The notes beneath the pieces are model-generated. The model saw only the letters and a program-made list of their open reading frames with translations, was not told the DNA's origin and did not search any database. Positions 50,134 through 54,776 of a DNA stretch of 54,776 bases are shown here, piece by piece. Made by a program: the position numbers and the translations under genes. The stretch is from Candidatus Brocadiales bacterium (GTDB lineage Bacteria; Planctomycetota; Brocadiia; Brocadiales; Bathyanammoxibiaceae): assembly GCA_046758865.1 (NCBI GenBank), contig JBHIBD010000005.1, forward strand, positions 1-54,776. Direction: 5' to 3'. Position 1 is the stretch's first letter. Each line of letters opens with the position of its first letter.

Positions 50134-50949
50134 CTAGCCCTCTCCTACACCCTTCATCAAATCTGCAACCGCCTGCCTTAGCCTGTCTACGGACTCGACA
50201 GATTCCTCCTTGGTCATCTTATCTACCCTGGGGAACTCAATTGGTTTACCGAACCTCACCCTTATCTCACGATTTGCCGGATGAGGGAGCCACTCACCCT
50301 TGGGCAGGAAGTTACGGCTACCGATTATGCACATCGGTACCACCTTTCTTCCCGCCTTCAGCACGATAACAGAGGTGCCCCGCTTAAAGGGTCCAAGCCT
50401 GCCGTTCGGGCTCCTCGTACCCTCAGGAAAGACCAGGAGAGATTTTCCTCCCCTGGCCTTCTTGACCGCCTTAATCAGTGTTGCGTAAGACCTTCGTTCC
50501 TCATCGCGCGGCAGGGAAATGTGTTCCGCAGTTACCATGTAACTACCCACCACGGGGACATTGAAGACCTCCTCCCTGGAGATAAAACAGAAGTTTTGTG
50601 GAATGAAACCAAAGGCGACGTATATGTCGAAAAAGCTCTGGTGGTTGCTTACGAATATAACCGGCTCACCCTTGGGTATATTTTCTATCCCTTTCACCAC
50701 CGCATGTATGCCCAGTCCCGTTGCAGTCAGCCGTGCTCCCAGTCTGCAGAAGGTGTTATATATGTGCTCCTTACGCCTGCTCCCTATAGAGGTAAGGGCT
50801 GCAAAGAAGTAGCCGATGAGCCAGATACCGGCAACAATAATCCATGCGTACACAAGGTAAATTAGCCTGAAGGGCTTGCTTCGTAGTATGTTTGCAGACA
50901 TTTTGGCAATTCCTCTAGCGAATATATCACCCGCAACAATGTCTGTCAA
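50134..50949 (-). CDS. plsC: 1-acyl-sn-glycerol-3-phosphate acyltransferase
   Basis: SNHQSFFD (HX4D), FPEGTRS, VVPM. Confidence 0.88.
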   Translation of the reverse strand: MTDIVAGDIFARGIAKMSANILRSKPFRLIYLVYAWIIVAGIWLIGYFFAALTSIGSRRKEHIYNTFCRLGARLTATGLGIHAVVKGIENIPKGEPVIFVSNHQSFFDIYVAFGFIPQNFCFISREEVFNVPVVGSYMVTAEHISLPRDEERRSYATLIKAVKKARGGKSLLVFPEGTRSPNGRLGPFKRGTSVIVLKAGRKVVPMCIIGSRNFLPKGEWLPHPANREIRVRFGKPIEFPRVDKMTKEESVESVDRLRQAVADLMKGVGEG

Positions 50950-50978
50950 ACGAATCTAAATCTATTATGTGGAATACT

Positions 50979-51050
50979 GGGAATGAGTTATGCCCCTACA
51001 CGGTAGTTGCCTGATTCATCAGGCATTCGCCCCATAAATGGGGCAACTAC
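50979..51050. repeat. GTAG-type REP elements
   Basis: ...GCCCCTAC followed by GTAGTTGCCTGATTCATCAGGC / GCCCCATAAATGGGGCAACTAC inverted pair. Confidence 0.7.
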
Positions 51051-51146
51051 AAAAACATACTTTCGTGTTTTGGGGCTTTTATGTAAGGGGTAGGTCAAGG
51101 CCATCCCGTGTCAAGAAGTCTTCTTAGTTACCTCACCATAGCGAGC

Positions 51147-51174
51147 TTGCACTTCTCCAGAAAAATGATAAGCT
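51147..51174 (+). promoter_or_regulatory. Putative sigma70 promoter of the sugar ABC operon
   Basis: TTGCAC-16 nt-TAAGCT with TG extended -10. Confidence 0.35.
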
Positions 51175-51202
51175 GTTGATGTTGCTGGCGAAAGGAGAGA
51201 CG

Positions 51203-52135
51203 ATGAAGAAGACCTTACTCGTGTTGGCACTAATCTCAATAGCTTTGCTTTTTAGTGGGGCAAAGAAGAAAGAATACTATGTAGGTGTCACGCTTCTGAC
51301 CAGGGACGTGTTCTATCAGCAGCTTGAGGAAGGGCTTAAGGAGGAGGCCAAGGCCAGCGGCGTCACGCTGAGAATCCAATCCGCCGAGAAGGACCTTAAC
51401 ACACAGACCTCGCAGATAGAGAACTTTATTACGCAGAGGGTGGATGCGCTGGTAATCTGCCCGGTGGATTCCATAGGCGTTGGTGCCGCTATAGAAAGGG
51501 CAAACAAGAGGGGTATTCCGGTCTTCACCGCCGATATACGCTCAGAAGAGGGCAAGGTGGTTTGTCATATAGCCTCCGACAATCACCAGGGCGGTGCACT
51601 GGCGGGTGAGTACCTGGCCAAGATGTTAGGGGGTCAGGGTGAGGTGGCCATAATAGACCACCCCGAGGTGGCATCGGTCCAGGAGAGGGTAAGGGGCTTC
51701 AAGGACGCAGTTAAAAACCATCCCGAAATGAAGATAGTTGACCAGCCATCGGCCCAGGGGGATAGGGACAGGGCCATGGTGGTGATGCAAAATATGTTAC
51801 TATCTCATCCTGATGTGAAGGGGATATTTGCGGTAAATGATAACTGCGCCCTGGGCGCACTGGCAGCGCTTGAAGCTGCAGGACGGCAGGACATTGTTAT
51901 AGTGGGTTTTGACGCCACACCAGAGGCGCAGCAGGCCATAAAAAAGGGCGGTGCCCTTAAGGCAGACGTGATACAGTATCCAATCGCTATAGGTAAAACT
52001 ACTATACAGACCATAATGAGACATCTCGATGGACAGAAAGTGCCCTTAGAGATACCCATAGACACGGGTATAGTAGACAAAGAGAGCTTAGAAAAGGTAG
52101 CGAGTCCTGTCCATGCCGCAGCCACAAGCAAATAG
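51203..52135 (+). CDS. rbsB: Sugar (ribose-type) ABC transporter substrate-binding protein
   Basis: Signal peptide, IASDNHQGG, ERVRGF, IFAVND, IVGFD; SD AAGGAG before ATG 51203; substrate is inferred. Confidence 0.8.
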   Translation: MKKTLLVLALISIALLFSGAKKKEYYVGVTLLTRDVFYQQLEEGLKEEAKASGVTLRIQSAEKDLNTQTSQIENFITQRVDALVICPVDSIGVGAAIERANKRGIPVFTADIRSEEGKVVCHIASDNHQGGALAGEYLAKMLGGQGEVAIIDHPEVASVQERVRGFKDAVKNHPEMKIVDQPSAQGDRDRAMVVMQNMLLSHPDVKGIFAVNDNCALGALAALEAAGRQDIVIVGFDATPEAQQAIKKGGALKADVIQYPIAIGKTTIQTIMRHLDGQKVPLEIPIDTGIVDKESLEKVASPVHAAATSK

Positions 52136-53663
52136 ACTCCTCCTCAAGGGGATAAATAAGCAGTACCCCGGCGTCCGGGCCCTCGTTGATGTAGACTTTG
52201 AGGTGGCCCTGGGAGAGGTCCACGCCCTGGTGGGCGTAAACGGTGCAGGGAAGTCAACCCTGATAAAGATACTCTCCGGCGCGACCAGGATGGACAAGGG
52301 CCAAATTTCCCTCAACGGCAAGAGGCTCCACATTACATCGCCCCACAAGGCCATCGACCTGGGCATAAGCGTCATCTACCAGGAGTTCAATCTTGTGCCT
52401 GAGTTGAGCGTTGCCGAGAATGTCTTCCTGGGCAGGGAGCCACGGTCAGCTATGGGCTTTGTGGACTATAAGAATATGTATAAAGAGGTGGACAGACTGC
52501 TCAAGACCCTTGGGTCTCTTGTTAAGGCCAGGAGCAGGGTGGCAAGTCTGGGGGTTGCACAGCAGCAGTTGGTGGAGATAGCAAAGGCGCTGGCCGTAAA
52601 GGCCAAGATAATCGCCATGGACGAGCCGACCGCAACCCTGAGCCTTCAGGAGACAGAACGCCTCTTTTCCATCGTCCGCCATTTAAAGGAAGAAGGCAAG
52701 GGCATCATCTTCATCTCCCACAGGATGGAGGAAATCTTCCAGATTGCGGACAGAGTGACCGTGCTCAGGGATGGTAAGCTGGTGGCCACCAAGAGGCTAG
52801 ACGAAATCAGCAGGGATGAACTTGTAGAGATGATACTGGGCAAGACGCTCAAGAAATATCACTCCGTGAGGGAGGCCGTTCCCAAGGGAGAGGTCCTCAG
52901 GGTCGAGGGCCTCACGAGGAGGGGTGTTTTGGATGACATACACTTCTCGGTGAGGGAGGGAGAAATCTTGGGCATTGCTGGCCTTGTGGGGGCCGGGAAG
53001 ACGGAGCTCGCCAGGGCAGTTGTGGGACTTGACCACGTAGACGGTGGAAGGGTCTTGCTCAATGGCGAGCACAGGCGTTTCCGCTCCCCATTGGAGGCCA
53101 TAAGGGCTGGTGTGGTGCTTGTGCCAGAGGACAGGAAAAACCTGGGGCTCATCCTGGGCCTGCCCGTTAGAGACAACATAAGCCTGCCCAATCTCCTAAA
53201 TTTTTCCAGAGGCGGTTTTATAAACAAGAGAAAGGAACTCAGCGCCGTTGGAGACATGATTACCAGCCTGACGGTAATAACCCCTAGTGAGAGACAGTTG
53301 GTCAAGAACCTCAGCGGGGGGAATCAGCAGAAGGTGGTCCTGGCAAAGTGGCTGCTCAGGGGTGCAAGGGTCTTCATCTTTGATGAGCCTACCAGGGGTA
53401 TAGATGTAGGGGCAAAGGTGGAGATTTATCAGCTTATCAGCAACCTTGTCAAGAAAGGTGTCGCTGTAATAGTAATATCCTCAGAGTTTGAGGAAATCCT
53501 CGAACTCAGCGACAGGATAATGGTCATGCATGCAGGGCGGGTGGTGGGTGAGCTTACTAAGGCAGAGGCCACTGCGGATAAAATCCTGTTTATGGCAATG
53601 GGTGGCACCCACCTAAATAGCGACACACCAGTTCCCACTGGTCCAACCACCGAGAGCCGGTAG
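52113..53663 (+). CDS. rbsA: Sugar ABC transporter ATP-binding protein (CUT2, two domains)
   Basis: GVNGAGKSTL, MDEPT, LSGGNQQK, FDEPTRGIDVGAK. Confidence 0.88.
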   Translation: MPQPQANRLLLKGINKQYPGVRALVDVDFEVALGEVHALVGVNGAGKSTLIKILSGATRMDKGQISLNGKRLHITSPHKAIDLGISVIYQEFNLVPELSVAENVFLGREPRSAMGFVDYKNMYKEVDRLLKTLGSLVKARSRVASLGVAQQQLVEIAKALAVKAKIIAMDEPTATLSLQETERLFSIVRHLKEEGKGIIFISHRMEEIFQIADRVTVLRDGKLVATKRLDEISRDELVEMILGKTLKKYHSVREAVPKGEVLRVEGLTRRGVLDDIHFSVREGEILGIAGLVGAGKTELARAVVGLDHVDGGRVLLNGEHRRFRSPLEAIRAGVVLVPEDRKNLGLILGLPVRDNISLPNLLNFSRGGFINKRKELSAVGDMITSLTVITPSERQLVKNLSGGNQQKVVLAKWLLRGARVFIFDEPTRGIDVGAKVEIYQLISNLVKKGVAVIVISSEFEEILELSDRIMVMHAGRVVGELTKAEATADKILFMAMGGTHLNSDTPVPTGPTTESR

Positions 53664-53668
53664 GAAGA

Positions 53669-54646
53669 GTGGGCGGGCAACCCGGTATGAAGACAACGAC
53701 ACTCTCCAAGGTAAAGACTGTGGTGCTGGACTATGCCATACTCATTGCCCTGGCGGTGATGTCCATATACTATGCGATAGACGCCAGGGGCTTCCCCACC
53801 CTGGAGAATCTGACCAACATCCTCAACCAGAATTCCGTCTACATCATACTCGCCATAGGTCAGACCCTGGTGATTCTCACGGCTGGGATTGACCTCTCTG
53901 TTGGCTCCATCCTTGCCCTCAGCGCAGTTGTGTGTGCGGACGTTTCAAAACACACGGATGCGTTCTCATATGGGTTAATACCTATAACAAGCCTGGTGGC
54001 CATAGGGCTTGGTGGATTAATCGGGGCGTTTAACGGGACAATGGTAACGGTCTTCAGGATACCCCCATTTATTGCCACCCTGGCCATGATGACCATGGCG
54101 CGGGGCATGGCCAACATCTACTGCGATGCAAGACCCATCGGACACCTGCCGACGGAGTTTAAGCTGATAGGCACGGCCTCCCTGGGGACCGTACCCGCGC
54201 CCGTGTTTATAATGGCCGTCCTTGCCGCTGCCCTATTTGTGATTACGCGCTACACCGTGTTTGGCAGATACATCTATGCCGTCGGGGGCAACGAGGAGGC
54301 GGCCCGACTCTCAGGCATTAACGTCGCAGCCACCAAGTTCTGGGTCTATGTGATAAGCGGGATGTGTGCGGGGATATGCGGCCTAATCCTTGCCTCCAGG
54401 CTGGGTTCAGGCGACCCCAAGCTGGGGATGATGTACGAACTAATATCCATTGCGGCGGTAGTGCTGGGCGGTACCAGTTTATTTGGCGGCAGGGGCACGG
54501 TGATAGGGACCATTTACGGGGCATTATTTATCGGTGTGCTGGAGAACGGCCTCTTATTAAAAGGCGTCCCCACCTTTTTCCAGTGGGTCATAAAGGGCAT
54601 CGTCATCCTAATAGCCGTGGTGGTAGACGAGCTGAAGCGGCGGTGA
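53669..54646 (+). CDS. rbsC: Sugar ABC transporter permease
   Basis: GIDLSVGS, IPPFIATL, YAVGGNEEAARLSGI, AAVVLGGTSL. Confidence 0.88.
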   Translation: MGGQPGMKTTTLSKVKTVVLDYAILIALAVMSIYYAIDARGFPTLENLTNILNQNSVYIILAIGQTLVILTAGIDLSVGSILALSAVVCADVSKHTDAFSYGLIPITSLVAIGLGGLIGAFNGTMVTVFRIPPFIATLAMMTMARGMANIYCDARPIGHLPTEFKLIGTASLGTVPAPVFIMAVLAAALFVITRYTVFGRYIYAVGGNEEAARLSGINVAATKFWVYVISGMCAGICGLILASRLGSGDPKLGMMYELISIAAVVLGGTSLFGGRGTVIGTIYGALFIGVLENGLLLKGVPTFFQWVIKGIVILIAVVVDELKRR

Positions 54647-54657
54647 TGTCTTTAATT

Positions 54658-54775
54658 GTAGCGGCAGAGCTTGCCAGTCCTATGCGCAGCTTCGGATGGC
54701 TTGCTCTGCTTGGTTGATGTCGTGGTAGACAACGAAGTTTACTTCGTTGCATCAACGACCATAAAGGTCGTTGTC
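54658..54775. repeat. GTAG-type REP elements; the last is an inverted copy of 46173-46230
   Basis: GTAGCGGCAGAGCTTGC[insert]GCTTGCTCTGC; GGTAGACAACGAAGTTTTACTTCGTTG..CAACGACCATAAAGGTCGTTGTCT. Confidence 0.8.
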
Positions 54776-54776
54776 T

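Noticed and set aside
34226-54775. Repeat clusters as CRISPR arrays or integron attC sites
   Set aside because: No regularly spaced direct repeats with unique spacers, no cas or integrase genes, and the flanking genes are housekeeping rather than cassettes

Overview
This is a bacterial chromosome segment, most likely from Planctomycetota of the anammox class Ca. Brocadiia or a close relative. The assignment is inferred from gene order, planctomycete-like SecE/S7/RpoC termini and an anammox-type Rieske/cytochrome b-HAO cluster. Bases ~350-32,700 are the translation/transcription superoperon: tRNA-Thr/Tyr/Gly/Thr, tuf, rpmG, tRNA-Trp, secE-nusG-rplKAJL-rpoBC-rpsLG-fusA, and the S10, spc and alpha operons. 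Its oddities are a SAM methyltransferase between rpsM and rpsK, a ~330-bp nested repeat element between rpsJ and rplC, no rpmD, a Cys-rich EF-Tu insert and an enlarged L17. Downstream are HIT and dual-specificity phosphatase genes, siroheme decarboxylase ahbAB with a siroheme/4Fe-4S protein, a YyaL-like protein, and a putative sigma54-driven Rieske/cyt b6/subunit IV/hexaheme c/octaheme HAO-like operon that lacks the NAD(P)H oxidoreductase gene and probably the cross-linking Tyr. These are followed by cobO, a sirtuin, glutaredoxin and thioredoxin reductase, glnE, Yip1, plsC and a ribose-type sugar ABC transporter. Several intergenic regions hold families of short palindromic repeats nested inside one another, with no transposase in the window.
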